Positions 8,418-19,859 of a stretch of DNA of 64,000 nt are shown here, one piece after another. The notes beneath the pieces are model-generated. The model did not search any database. It was not told where the DNA came from and saw nothing but the letters and a program-made list of their open reading frames with translations. The stretch spans positions 103,340 through 167,339 of the forward strand of contig JAETSI010000001.1 in NCBI GenBank assembly GCA_021769725.1, read 5' to 3'. The stretch's first letter is position 1, and every line of letters starts with the position of its first letter. A program made the position numbers and the translations under genes. Origin of the DNA: Oscillospiraceae bacterium. GTDB taxonomy: Bacteria > Bacillota > Clostridia > Oscillospirales > Ruminococcaceae.

Positions 8418-9191
8418 ATGAAAAATAAAATAGTTATTTTGTTGCTGGTTATGGTTGTCAGCGGTATTTTTTCATTCCTTGGCTTTTCAGATGCAAAGCT
8501 TGTATTTGAGGATAAGCGGCTGGATATAAATAGTGCGGAAAGAGATGATTTCAATTTTCCTGCAATTGCCGAGGGCGAGGCTTATATTATTTCCGGACCG
8601 TTTGCTGAACTTGAAGAAAAGAATACGGTTTACGGAATTCCGGTAGGAAAGAAAAGTACATATTATTATCTTGTCAGCAATACTGACTACGAAACATTCT
8701 CTGATATCATAATGTCTGATACCGACAATATATTTGGTGAAATGACCTGGTATATAGCATCTGTGTCTGATGAGGATCTTGTCGAGAAGTTTGATTCTGC
8801 TGCATTAAAAATGGATAGATGGATGCAGAATTACTCAAATCTTGTTTCTCTTTTTGAAGAAAGTGGTTATGATGAGTCCGATGCTGAAAAAATTGATAAT
8901 TTGCTCGACCAGCTGCCTGATGATTCAATTAAAATCAAAGGTTTTCTGAAAAGTCAGAGTTCCGATTCTGATTACGAAAAGTATAGGGACGATTTCCTTG
9001 CTTCCGCAGATTTTGACTCGTCAGATATAGGCGAACTTTTAATCAAGGCAGAGGGTGAAGGTTCAAAAACCGGAACTATTGAAGTTGTAATTTTCTTTGC
9101 AGCATCAGCTGTTTTCCTTATTTCATTTGTTCTCCTTATAGTTTCGCTGGTAAAGAAAGCAAGAGCAAAGAAGTCACAGGAACTGTGGTAA
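8418..9191 (+). CDS. hypothetical bitopic membrane protein (N- and C-terminal TM segments, acidic central region)
   Basis: ATG 8418 after GGAGG; no motif recognised. Confidence 0.6.
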   Translation: MKNKIVILLLVMVVSGIFSFLGFSDAKLVFEDKRLDINSAERDDFNFPAIAEGEAYIISGPFAELEEKNTVYGIPVGKKSTYYYLVSNTDYETFSDIIMSDTDNIFGEMTWYIASVSDEDLVEKFDSAALKMDRWMQNYSNLVSLFEESGYDESDAEKIDNLLDQLPDDSIKIKGFLKSQSSDSDYEKYRDDFLASADFDSSDIGELLIKAEGEGSKTGTIEVVIFFAASAVFLISFVLLIVSLVKKARAKKSQELW

Positions 9192-9372
9192 TTAATTCAA
9201 AAAATAATGTATAAAATAAATGAATTATGTCCTTGAAACTTTGTACGAAATAACGAAGGGTCAGGGACTCTTTTTTTGTACAATTTGCTTGCAGTTCTGG
9301 TAAAAGTATGTTATAATAATATGGAATAGATATATCTGTTCTTTTATTATGAAAATCAGCGAGGTGGATTAT

Positions 9373-10314
9373 ATGAATCAGAATATAACAAGGATTGCGG
9401 AATCTGTGGGCAGAGTCATTGTTGGAAAAAATGATACGATCGTCAAACTGATTGCTGCAATGCTTTGTGAAGGTCATGTCCTTCTTGAAGATGTTCCGGG
9501 CGTTGGAAAAACCCAGCTTATCACGTCGCTGTCACGCTCTATAGGCGGAAAATTTAACAGAATTCAGCTTACCCCGGACGTAATGCCTTCAGATATCGCA
9601 GGTTTTACGATGATGGATCAGAAAAGCGGTGAATTTATTTATCGTGACGGCGCTGTAATGTGCAATTTCCTGCTTGCAGACGAGATCAACCGTGCTTCAC
9701 CGAAAGTACAGTCAGCGCTTCTTGAAGCAATGGAGGAACGTCAGATAAGCCTTGACGGAGTTACTCATAAACTGCCTCGTCCTTTTCTTGTAATGGCTAC
9801 TCAGAATCCGGTTGAAACATATGGCACATTTCATCTTCCGGAAGCTCAGATGGACAGATTTTTCATGAAGCTGTCAATGGGTTATCCGTCAGAGGATGAA
9901 GAGATAAAGATCCTTGAGCGTACTGAAAAGCATAATCCGATAAATAATATAGAATCTGCCGTCATGTCCCTTGATGATGTTCTGAAAATGCAGGATGATG
10001 TGAAGCGTATACGTGTTACCGATCAAGTCAAGCAGTACATAGTAAAGCTGGTAAATTCAACTCGTGATAACAGAAATACGATTCTTGGTATCAGTCCACG
10101 TGGAAGTATCGCTTTGTACAAAGCGGCAAAGGCTCTTGCATACATTTACGGCAGGGAGTACGCTACACCCGACGATGTCAAGAATATGGCGTGTGCTGTT
10201 CTTGCTCACAGGATAATTCTTTCGCCGCAGGGAAAAACGGCTTTTGGAACTAATGAAGCATATGTTGAGCATCTGCTTTCGGAAATCATTGTGCCGTCAA
10301 TGAGCGCAAAATGA
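9373..10314 (+). CDS. MoxR-family AAA+ ATPase
   Basis: Walker A EDVPGVGKT, Walker B LLADEINR, and the 'ATQNP.E..G...LPEAQ.DRF' MoxR block. Confidence 0.9.
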   Translation: MNQNITRIAESVGRVIVGKNDTIVKLIAAMLCEGHVLLEDVPGVGKTQLITSLSRSIGGKFNRIQLTPDVMPSDIAGFTMMDQKSGEFIYRDGAVMCNFLLADEINRASPKVQSALLEAMEERQISLDGVTHKLPRPFLVMATQNPVETYGTFHLPEAQMDRFFMKLSMGYPSEDEEIKILERTEKHNPINNIESAVMSLDDVLKMQDDVKRIRVTDQVKQYIVKLVNSTRDNRNTILGISPRGSIALYKAAKALAYIYGREYATPDDVKNMACAVLAHRIILSPQGKTAFGTNEAYVEHLLSEIIVPSMSAK

Positions 10315-11477
10315 TAAAGAAAATCGAAACTATTGTCAGCATTTTAGCTATTGCCTTTATTCTGTACATTTTTACTTTTTATATCGAAGGAGAAATGGGA
10401 GTAGTGCTTATTGCTTTTCTCATTGTTCCTCCGCTTGTTTCGTTTCTGTTTGCGTTTTACGCCAGAAAAAGAATTACGGTCAGTATATTCTCTGATGCAT
10501 ACGTAAAAAAAGGAAGCGAACTTGAAGTAACAGTAATTATTGAAAAGAAAGGAAAATTTCCGATAGCTGTGGCAGAGATCTGCCCCGGAGCATCTGAGGT
10601 GTTTGAAAAACAGAACAAGAAATACCGTCTTTCTCTTCTAACAGAAGAAAAAAGCGAATTTACTTACAAAGTAAAGGCATTGGTTGGCGGAAACGGCACT
10701 ATATCGGTAAAGAACTTCTGTTCATGCGGATTCTTGGGATTTATAAGGTTCAAGATCAAAAACGGTTTGCCTGCCCCCATATCTGTCGGTGTTATACCGG
10801 AAATTCCCGAAGTAAAACACTCTTCGCAGCTGCTTAGGCAAATTGCAGATTCTGTTCTTACCAGCGACGATGACAGCGAAAATGATACAGAGCTTCTTTA
10901 TTCTTTGAATTCTGCACCCGGTTATGAACATCGTGAATACGTTCAGGGAGACCCTCTTAAAAGAATCAACTGGAAGTTGTCTTCAAAGAAACGCCGACTT
11001 ATGGTGCGGCTTGACGAAGCGGTTGCAGCGGTGCAGCCACTTGTAGCATTGGATCTTTACAGGAGATCGGGGGCTGATCCCGAAAAAGCGGTGCTCATGG
11101 AAGAAAAGCTTATTTGTTCCGCTTTGGGACTGGCAAAGGTTCTTATCAAGCAGGGAATATCTTGTAAATTTGCTTATAATACAGGGGATGGAACGGTAGT
11201 TGAAAGTATAGACAATCCTGATTATCCGGATGTTGTTTTGCTGAAGATTCTGGCTGAAAAAGTCGTACCGGAACGAAGAATAGATATTGATTCTTTTGGT
11301 TCGGTATGTTCGTGCGTGGCTGCGACAACAGAACCAGGCGGAAGTTTTTCCGGTGTTCTGCAAGGTTCTGAAAATTTTCCGTCGGTAAGCATAATTATTC
11401 CGGAACCTGCTGCGTATGACGGATTTTCTGAACTCTGGTATCTTGACGAAACTGATAACGTGTTTAAAATGGTATAA
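10311..11477 (+). CDS. DUF58 domain protein (membrane-anchored)
   Basis: REYVQGDPLKRINWKLSSKKRRLMVRL DUF58 signature; 2 N-terminal TMs; 4-nt overlap with the moxR-like gene. Confidence 0.85.
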   Translation: MIKKIETIVSILAIAFILYIFTFYIEGEMGVVLIAFLIVPPLVSFLFAFYARKRITVSIFSDAYVKKGSELEVTVIIEKKGKFPIAVAEICPGASEVFEKQNKKYRLSLLTEEKSEFTYKVKALVGGNGTISVKNFCSCGFLGFIRFKIKNGLPAPISVGVIPEIPEVKHSSQLLRQIADSVLTSDDDSENDTELLYSLNSAPGYEHREYVQGDPLKRINWKLSSKKRRLMVRLDEAVAAVQPLVALDLYRRSGADPEKAVLMEEKLICSALGLAKVLIKQGISCKFAYNTGDGTVVESIDNPDYPDVVLLKILAEKVVPERRIDIDSFGSVCSCVAATTEPGGSFSGVLQGSENFPSVSIIIPEPAAYDGFSELWYLDETDNVFKMV

Positions 11478-11481
11478 ATAT

Positions 11482-13776
11482 ATGCATGAAACTGAAAAGA
11501 AAATAACAGGTTTGAAAGCTCTTTTGCTCAAATATCTCTGCGACCCGGTTTTGATTTATACCGTCATTGTTATGACATCAATTATGTATCATTACCGTGA
11601 CACTATGCTTACGGCTGCTTATGCGTTTGCTTCATTGGTTATAGGAGTGCTGATTTTCCGGCTGTTTGATTTTATGATGAATCACAGAGTGATCGGTACG
11701 GCAGCATATATCGGGACAATTTATGTCTTTATCCAGGCTGCGGTTATTTGTGCGCAAAAAGGAGCGGACGGTTATCCCATTTCATTCGGAGTATGGTTTA
11801 TCACACCGAAGGCAGTAGTTGATTTTAACAGTTGGTATACGATTAGTATGTTCCTGCTGTTTATGATATTTATGAGCTCGGTCATCTATTATTTTACTCG
11901 TGTGCGATACAGGATATTCATGGGATTTCTGATTTTTATAATTCCATTTGCTATTTATGGTAAAGAAGCTGAGCAAATGCCAATTGCTTTCATTATTCTT
12001 ATGGCGGTTGGATATATAATGCTTCTTGCTTATTTCAGACAGCTGAAAGACAGTGATACGGTAGTCGTTGCAGCTAAGAGGGAAACATGGCGGTCAGCCG
12101 GTATATACGCTCTTTTGTTTGCAGCTATTGCCGCTGTAGTTCCGAAGCCGCAGGTAGAAACTGACCGCTCTTTCATTGAATCCCTTATCTCGGCTGAACG
12201 TTTCACTGATCGTTTGATGGCTATGCTTGGAAATTTTCGTGATGAATCTTCTGGTGGACAGTACAGAGATGTTGATAATAATACGCCACTGTATTATGTC
12301 AAAGCTGATGAGGAACTTTATCTGAAGACAAACACGTTCTCAGATTATAGTTTTGATGATAAATGGCATGCCGTAGATAATGTAGATTATGTAAACGAAA
12401 ATAACGTAACAGTAAGAGTCAAAAGATATGATGATGCACCTGTTGAATTCGGACAGGCAGGCGAACTTACAAAGGCTGTTCTGGCTGCGGCGGTGCTTGA
12501 TGAAGATTTTGCACAGGAATACAGGCTTTCTGGTTATTCTCCGGAGGATATAGTGATACCAGATGAAAACAGAGCAGAAATATATTCTTCTTATAGCGCC
12601 GTAGAATTTGCGCCTGTTCCGCAATCCCCAAAAAGCCTTGTAATGACGAATGCCAACAAAAGTATGTACAAAACAATAACCGGTCTTATTCAAAGCGAAT
12701 ATTCAAGCAAATTTCCAAAATCGGCTGTTTTGGTATACGATTATTATGAAAATACGTTTTTCTTAAACAGGCGGAATAAGGAAATAATTGATATCATTTC
12801 TGAGGCGGATTATTCACAGCTTCTTTGGGATGCCAAACGTATTCTGAAAGAAAATTATCGTGAAAGCAGTGAAAACGACAAAGTGATTGGACAATATGCG
12901 GATGTTGTATCACGGGAATATGACGAATTCATTGATTATTGCAGAGGTCTGCTTGATTACGGAGACAGCATCAGGATCTACGATCTGGCACAGGAGATAA
13001 CTCAGGGGCTGGATTCTGATTACGACAAGGCAAAGGCTATTGAACAGTATTTTCTCACGAATGACTTTGTTTATGATCTGAAATATGTGAAGTCAAGGGG
13101 AGAAAATGTGGAGAATTTCCTCTTCAATACAAAGCGTGGCGTTTGCTATGAGTATGCTACGGCGATGGTTCTACTTTCGAGAGCGGCAGGGATTCCGGCA
13201 CGTTATTGTGAGGGATACCTTATGTCACAGCAGAATGAGAATTCTGATATTGATGCAAATTATGTCGTAACGCCGCAGGAAGCTCACGGATATCCGGAAT
13301 TGTATATAGAGGGATTCGGCTGGGTCACATTTGAGCCGACAATTGTCGCCGCCGAGCAGCAGGAAGAAAAAATGAGTCTTTCACAGATGCTTATGATAGC
13401 AGGAATTGTACTCTTTATTATTCTTGTTCTGGTTTTTGCAGCGATAAAAGTTTATTCGCCGATTTCACATAAGTTTTTCATTGTCAGGTGCAAAAATAAA
13501 GCTCCGGAGGACGCTGCAAAAGCAGTAATGTACAGACTTTGCAGACTGTACCGTATTTCAGGAGTGAATACGTCTCACCAGGCGGCAGAAAAAATGACAA
13601 ATATTTCAGGTGCTGAAATTTCAGTGCTGGCAGCTCTGTTTGATGCGGCTGTTTATGGAGATGCCGCTTTGGACAGTCAAAACAAAGAAATAATCATAAA
13701 TACCTATATATCAGCATATGAGGCATTTATGGAGATAAAGAAAAAGAAGAAAAAGAGACGCATAACGACCACTTGA
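11482..13776 (+). CDS. transglutaminase-like domain membrane protein
   Basis: Multi-TM N-terminus; Cys-His-Asp core RGVCYEYATAMVLLSRAAGIPARY...AHGYPELYIEGFGWVTFEP; ATG 11482 lies just after the DUF58 stop. Confidence 0.85.
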   Translation: MHETEKKITGLKALLLKYLCDPVLIYTVIVMTSIMYHYRDTMLTAAYAFASLVIGVLIFRLFDFMMNHRVIGTAAYIGTIYVFIQAAVICAQKGADGYPISFGVWFITPKAVVDFNSWYTISMFLLFMIFMSSVIYYFTRVRYRIFMGFLIFIIPFAIYGKEAEQMPIAFIILMAVGYIMLLAYFRQLKDSDTVVVAAKRETWRSAGIYALLFAAIAAVVPKPQVETDRSFIESLISAERFTDRLMAMLGNFRDESSGGQYRDVDNNTPLYYVKADEELYLKTNTFSDYSFDDKWHAVDNVDYVNENNVTVRVKRYDDAPVEFGQAGELTKAVLAAAVLDEDFAQEYRLSGYSPEDIVIPDENRAEIYSSYSAVEFAPVPQSPKSLVMTNANKSMYKTITGLIQSEYSSKFPKSAVLVYDYYENTFFLNRRNKEIIDIISEADYSQLLWDAKRILKENYRESSENDKVIGQYADVVSREYDEFIDYCRGLLDYGDSIRIYDLAQEITQGLDSDYDKAKAIEQYFLTNDFVYDLKYVKSRGENVENFLFNTKRGVCYEYATAMVLLSRAAGIPARYCEGYLMSQQNENSDIDANYVVTPQEAHGYPELYIEGFGWVTFEPTIVAAEQQEEKMSLSQMLMIAGIVLFIILVLVFAAIKVYSPISHKFFIVRCKNKAPEDAAKAVMYRLCRLYRISGVNTSHQAAEKMTNISGAEISVLAALFDAAVYGDAALDSQNKEIIINTYISAYEAFMEIKKKKKKRRITTT

Positions 13777-13799
13777 GATTTATATTAACGGAGGTAATT

Positions 13800-15095
13800 A
13801 TGCAGACTACAGAAAAAAAAGGAATTTTAAAGAGTATTCTGGGTATATTGACTGCCCTGATATTCCTTGTGGGTATCAATCCGCTGTACAGCGGAAAAAT
13901 AAATGAAATATCAGCAGCAGAGGACTATCATACATGGCGTCAGATGGATCCACGGTGGGGGAACGTCAGCATGAACGGAACTACTGTTGCAAAGTCGGGA
14001 TGCCTGATAACATCGCTTTCGATTATGGCAAGAGCTTCTGATTCACTTGACAGCAAAGCGCTCGAAAATCTTGGTATCAGCAGAGTTGACGATTTCAATC
14101 CCGGTATACTTGCCAATGCTTACACTAACAGAGGAGGTTTCAGCTACGGCGGAGCTATCGCCAGCTGGGGAACGATCAGTCAAATCATCCCGCAGATCAC
14201 ATTTGTAAGGGATTCATATTTCAATAGCTATACCCAGTCGGGAATTGCATCTGAAATAAAAGCAATGATGGATCAGGGACTTCATGTTATAGTGAATGTC
14301 AATTGGCATTGGGTATATATTGAGGGCGTTGTAGGCAATGACATATATATGATCGATCCGGCATCTGATACGGTTCTGCTTTACGATGAATATCAGCTCA
14401 GCGGCGGAAATGAATATTGGGCACTAACCTGCAAGAATCCGCCAGCACCTTTTAATCCTTCTGGAACATCAACCACGACAACTACAACTGAAACGACAAC
14501 TACCACCACTACTGAGGCTACTACAACATCAACAACTACAACAACAGCTACAACGACTACTACCACTACCGAAGCAACTACTACGACAACACCTGAAACG
14601 ACGACTACTACTAAAGCTACCACAACAACTGCTGTAACGACCACGACAGGAAGGCTGATTGATACAACTGTCACAGCAATGCAGACCGGAGAGTACTTTA
14701 ATTCCGGAACGGCTAAAATAGGCATGTATGATTCTTCTGATTGCACCGGGGAGCCTGTATCATATGTCATACCTGACGGAGTGGTGAATGTCCGTGAGTG
14801 TATCGGAACTATCGGTCATATAGCAGGAGCTGATGACTTTGCCGGCTGGATTGATCTTTCCGGTATGACTTTTGTAAAGGCTGAAATGCCCCATGAAAAA
14901 GGGGACATCAATGGTGACGGAAAAATTGATATGTATGATCTCGGACTGCTCGGCGAATATTTGAACAGCCTTGCCTATATGCCCGATGGTGTGTCGATGC
15001 TGACTGCCTGCGAGATAAAAGCAGCCGATATCAACGGAGACGGCAAGGTAAACAGCGGGGATGTTCTGGTGTACCTGATACTTGTCTGCAAATAA
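13800..15095 (+). CDS. secreted peptidase-C39-like (papain-fold) protein with Thr-rich linker and C-terminal type-I dockerin
   Basis: WRQMDPRWGN...SGCLITSLSIM motif; 60-aa Thr-rich linker; duplicated Ca-binding repeats DINGDGKIDMYD and DINGDGKVNSGD. Confidence 0.75.
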   Translation: MQTTEKKGILKSILGILTALIFLVGINPLYSGKINEISAAEDYHTWRQMDPRWGNVSMNGTTVAKSGCLITSLSIMARASDSLDSKALENLGISRVDDFNPGILANAYTNRGGFSYGGAIASWGTISQIIPQITFVRDSYFNSYTQSGIASEIKAMMDQGLHVIVNVNWHWVYIEGVVGNDIYMIDPASDTVLLYDEYQLSGGNEYWALTCKNPPAPFNPSGTSTTTTTTETTTTTTTEATTTSTTTTTATTTTTTTEATTTTTPETTTTTKATTTTAVTTTTGRLIDTTVTAMQTGEYFNSGTAKIGMYDSSDCTGEPVSYVIPDGVVNVRECIGTIGHIAGADDFAGWIDLSGMTFVKAEMPHEKGDINGDGKIDMYDLGLLGEYLNSLAYMPDGVSMLTACEIKAADINGDGKVNSGDVLVYLILVCK

Positions 15096-15107
15096 GGAGA
15101 ACAGTTT

Positions 15108-16079
15108 ATGGAATGGACAGAAGTTAATATTTATACAGCTACAGCGGGAATAGATCTGCTGTGTGCAAAGCTTATGGATATAGGAATTAAGGGATTTGTT
15201 ATTCAGGATGCCGAGGATTTCAACGAATTCCTGGAAAATAAGAATGGTAAATGGGACTATATCGACGAAGATCTTATGGGGTTGTCAACCTGTGAAACAA
15301 GGGTAACGGTTTATTTGCCCTCAAATTCTCAGGGAGCAGATATGCTGCTGTCAATACGTGCAATGCTTTCAGAAATGAAGGCAGGTGATGAAGATGGTGC
15401 ATACGGGCGTCTTGAGGCAGAACTTTCAAGTATTTGCGAAGAGGACTGGGCAAATAACTGGAAGCAATATTTCAAACCGGTAAAGATTGGTGAAAAGCTG
15501 GTGATAAAGCCATCATGGGAAGAATATGAAAATGACGGCAGCCGGATTATTCTTGAGATAGATCCAGCATCAAGTTTTGGAACGGGTCAGCATCACACGA
15601 CAAGATTATGTCTGGAACTTCTGGAAAAAAGTCTTAAAAAAGGCGATAGGATTCTTGATATGGGATGCGGCAGTGGAATTCTTTCAATAGGAGCAATGCT
15701 GCTGGGAGCAGAAAGTGCCGTTGCTGTTGATATTGAGCAGAATGCAGCAGAAACGGCTATGGAAAATGCCGTTAAAAATCATATAAACCCTGAAAAATAT
15801 CAGACGTTTTACGGCAACATATTGACGGATGAAGAGCTTGCAGATAAGATTGACGCAAAATATGATGTGATAGCTGCAAATATTGTAGCAGATGTGCTTA
15901 TTGCAATGAAAGGCCATTTTCTGCGGTATATAAAAAGCAGCGGAACTCTGATTGTGTCAGGCATTATTGAGGAGAGAATGCATGAGGTGATCGGTGAACT
16001 TGAAAGCGTAGGATTCAAGGATCCTCAGATCAATGTAAAGGAAGGCTGGGCAGCAGTTAGATTTACGTCACCTGTTTGA
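15108..16079 (+). CDS. prmA: ribosomal protein L11 methyltransferase
   Basis: 323 aa; W..NWK.YFKP, IDP...FGTG.H.TT and DMGCGSGILSI SAM motif. Confidence 0.9.
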   Translation: MEWTEVNIYTATAGIDLLCAKLMDIGIKGFVIQDAEDFNEFLENKNGKWDYIDEDLMGLSTCETRVTVYLPSNSQGADMLLSIRAMLSEMKAGDEDGAYGRLEAELSSICEEDWANNWKQYFKPVKIGEKLVIKPSWEEYENDGSRIILEIDPASSFGTGQHHTTRLCLELLEKSLKKGDRILDMGCGSGILSIGAMLLGAESAVAVDIEQNAAETAMENAVKNHINPEKYQTFYGNILTDEELADKIDAKYDVIAANIVADVLIAMKGHFLRYIKSSGTLIVSGIIEERMHEVIGELESVGFKDPQINVKEGWAAVRFTSPV

Positions 16080-16167
16080 TTATTCCCGGAATAATAGTAT
16101 TACTGTACGATGTTTTTTGTGCGGAACTGTTCAAAGGGATCAATATACAATTTATAATATAAGGAGA

Positions 16168-17424
16168 ATGGTAAAAGTGGCACTTTTTAAGAAAAAGAAG
16201 AAAGAAGAGCAAATCGAGGAAGTAAATCCGCAGGTTAAGGCTAAAAAGGAAAATGACGCTATAATTCTGGAGGTACTTTCAAAGCTGAACGAAAAACTGA
16301 ACGGAACGCTTTATGACAACTGTATCATTATGCCCAAGGGATACACGATAGATGTTCAGGTGGGACATAAGGAGGACAAGGGCGGAATAAAGCTTGTTCA
16401 GGTTATATTTATTGTAAAGAATGATGCATTTGATGAGCCGCTTATTGATCCGGTTGATGCTCAGGGCGCTACAGAGATGGATGCGGCAAAAATGGCAGCG
16501 GATATTTTCTATGCAGGGTTGTGGCATCCCATAGATCAGTCGATAAACAAGAAAAATCCAATACCTGTTTCTGTGGATTTTCTGAGACAGCACTACGATT
16601 TTGATATGTATTGTCAGTCGGTTGTAAGAATCAGGGCGGGCGAGCAGAAAAAAGAACCTGTTATGCTTGTGAAATTTCTCATGAACGAGCTTCCCAAGTA
16701 TCTTGGCTCAAAGAAATATTACTGGGTAAGGATATATCTTGCAAGAATGCTTGTGCCCGGAAATGCAGAGAATGATAATCAGCCAAAAGTAAGAAAGATG
16801 ATCGAGGTTCGTGTTAACGGTTCTGTATGCCCCCAGCTTAACAAACTCATGGAGCCATATATTGACTCATGGGGAGACGAGGAGGGCTTTGCCTGCGAAA
16901 AGCAGCACGCTATTTTCGTTCAGCGTGAGGATGATAAGTGTCCCTTTGACAAGGAAACTGTAATGAAAGCAGCAGAAGAATGTCTTAATTCTATGGTAAA
17001 GATTGAAAAGAAGGAAGATTATGTGGATCTGGCAAAGAGACTTGAAGAAATGACAGGAAACAAGTCTCTTGCTTCGGAGATCAGGATCTTTATTCCGGAG
17101 ATCCTTGCAAAGCTTACACTTGGCTATCAGGAGGGGGACAGTCTGTTTTTGATCGAGGGTGAAGGCGATGACCAGAAACAGATCGAATTCAAAAAAACCC
17201 AGCTCAGGTCATATTTCTATCTTCAGCAGGCAATTTTGGAATTTCTTGGCAAGCGTCCGGCACAGGAGGATGTCAAGAAAATCGTGGTGAACAGCGTTGC
17301 ATTCAGAGAAATGATGAAGATTCAGAAGCAGCTTACAGATCAAGGTAAGGAATTCAAGATGTCTGATTTGTTTGTTCCCGGAACATCTTATAAAATCGGT
17401 GAACCCGGATATAAGGTCTGGTAA
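16168..17424 (+). CDS. hypothetical protein, no recognisable domain
   Basis: 418-aa ORF with codon usage like neighbours; the alternative GTG start at 16177 has better spacing to AAGGAGA. Confidence 0.6.
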   Translation: MVKVALFKKKKKEEQIEEVNPQVKAKKENDAIILEVLSKLNEKLNGTLYDNCIIMPKGYTIDVQVGHKEDKGGIKLVQVIFIVKNDAFDEPLIDPVDAQGATEMDAAKMAADIFYAGLWHPIDQSINKKNPIPVSVDFLRQHYDFDMYCQSVVRIRAGEQKKEPVMLVKFLMNELPKYLGSKKYYWVRIYLARMLVPGNAENDNQPKVRKMIEVRVNGSVCPQLNKLMEPYIDSWGDEEGFACEKQHAIFVQREDDKCPFDKETVMKAAEECLNSMVKIEKKEDYVDLAKRLEEMTGNKSLASEIRIFIPEILAKLTLGYQEGDSLFLIEGEGDDQKQIEFKKTQLRSYFYLQQAILEFLGKRPAQEDVKKIVVNSVAFREMMKIQKQLTDQGKEFKMSDLFVPGTSYKIGEPGYKVW

Positions 17425-17485
17425 ACCGGAAAGAGCACAGAAGTCTGCCTAAACGGCCATTTTTTCAAAAAATCTTAAAAAAACC

Positions 17486-17514
17486 TTGACAAAGGTTACT
17501 CTTTGTGATAAAAT
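17486..17514 (+). promoter_or_regulatory. promoter TTGACA-17-TAAAAT with extended -10 TG
   Basis: Hexamers at 17486-17491 and 17509-17514. Confidence 0.65.
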
Positions 17515-17597
17515 ATTATTACCGCTTGTAAACGGGTTTCAAAGATGTGTGTTCACACGCCCGGTACAGCGAGTTTATGAAAAGGCAGGTGCCATAA
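17515..17597 (+). promoter_or_regulatory. candidate ribosomal L21-operon leader RNA
   Basis: About 75-nt structured 5' UTR (gtgtgttcacacgc hairpin) upstream of rplU, where Firmicutes carry the L21 leader; not verified against a covariance model. Confidence 0.35.
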
Positions 17598-17909
17598 ATG
17601 TACGCAGTTATTGAAACCGGCGGAAAGCAGTATCAGGTAAACGAGGGCGATGTTATCTTCATTGAGAAGCTTGCAGCTGAGGCTGACGAGACAGTTACAT
17701 TCGATAAGGTTGTAGCACTCGGAGCAGACGATGGTCTTAAGATTGGTGCTCCCTATGTTGACGGTGCAGCAGTTGAAGCTAAGGTTATTAAGAACGGTAA
17801 AGCTAAGAAAATCACTGTTTTCACATACAAGCCTAAGAAGGGCGAGAAGAAGAAGCAGGGACACAGACAGCCTTACACTCAGGTGAAGATCGAAGCTATC
17901 AAGGCTTGA
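17598..17909 (+). CDS. rplU: 50S ribosomal protein L21
   Basis: [14 protein letters not shown] canonical N-terminus. Confidence 0.97.
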   Translation: MYAVIETGGKQYQVNEGDVIFIEKLAAEADETVTFDKVVALGADDGLKIGAPYVDGAAVEAKVIKNGKAKKITVFTYKPKKGEKKKQGHRQPYTQVKIEAIKA

Positions 17910-18223
17910 TCATGATCCGTGCAGAATTTTATGAAACAAAAGGGAAAATAAGTGGTTTCAGGCTCAGCGGTCATGCAGGAATGGCGGCAAGAGGAAGAGA
18001 TGTGGCTTGTGCATCAGTTTCTTCAGCAGTTCAGTTAACGGTGAATCTGCTTGATGAATTTGGTTGTTATCCTGTTGTAAAAACAGGAGTTAATACCATA
18101 AAGTGTACAGTCGGCAGTCAGTTTGATGATGCGTCAAAAATGCTTGGACGGCTGAAACAGCATTTTGAAGCAATACTTGAAGAATTCCCGAACACAATTA
18201 AAATCACTATTTCGGAGGTGTAA
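17906..18223 (+). CDS. prp: ribosomal-processing cysteine protease Prp
   Basis: 105 aa between rplU and rpmA; GH...C motif (SGHAG...DVACASVS). Confidence 0.85.
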   Translation: MIMIRAEFYETKGKISGFRLSGHAGMAARGRDVACASVSSAVQLTVNLLDEFGCYPVVKTGVNTIKCTVGSQFDDASKMLGRLKQHFEAILEEFPNTIKITISEV

Positions 18224-18225
18224 GT

Positions 18226-18504
18226 ATGTTTAAGATCAGTATGCAGTTCTTCGCTCATAAAAAGGGTGTTGGTTCTACAAAGAACGGCCGTGACTCTGAG
18301 TCTAAGAGACTTGGCGTCAAGAGAGCTGACGGTCAGTTTGTTAAGGCAGGAAACATCCTCGTTCGTCAGAGAGGTACACATATCCATCCCGGCGAGGGCG
18401 TTGGTATTGGTTCAGATGATACATTATTCGCAACAGTAAGCGGTAAGGTTAAATTTGAGCGTTTAGGCCGTGATCGTAAAAAGGTTTCTGTTTACGAGCA
18501 GTAA
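18226..18504 (+). CDS. rpmA: 50S ribosomal protein L27 (with cleavable N-terminal extension)
   Basis: [24 protein letters not shown]; the extension matches a Prp cleavage site. Confidence 0.97.
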   Translation: MFKISMQFFAHKKGVGSTKNGRDSESKRLGVKRADGQFVKAGNILVRQRGTHIHPGEGVGIGSDDTLFATVSGKVKFERLGRDRKKVSVYEQ

Positions 18505-18514
18505 CCACTTTTAA

Positions 18515-19858
<1,344 letters not shown>

Positions 19859-19859
19859 T

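Noticed and set aside
14466-14650. Degenerate short tandem DNA repeats (ACN-rich) that resemble a repeat array
   Set aside because: They are in frame within the dockerin protein and encode a Thr-rich linker. They are not a CRISPR array or a non-coding repeat.
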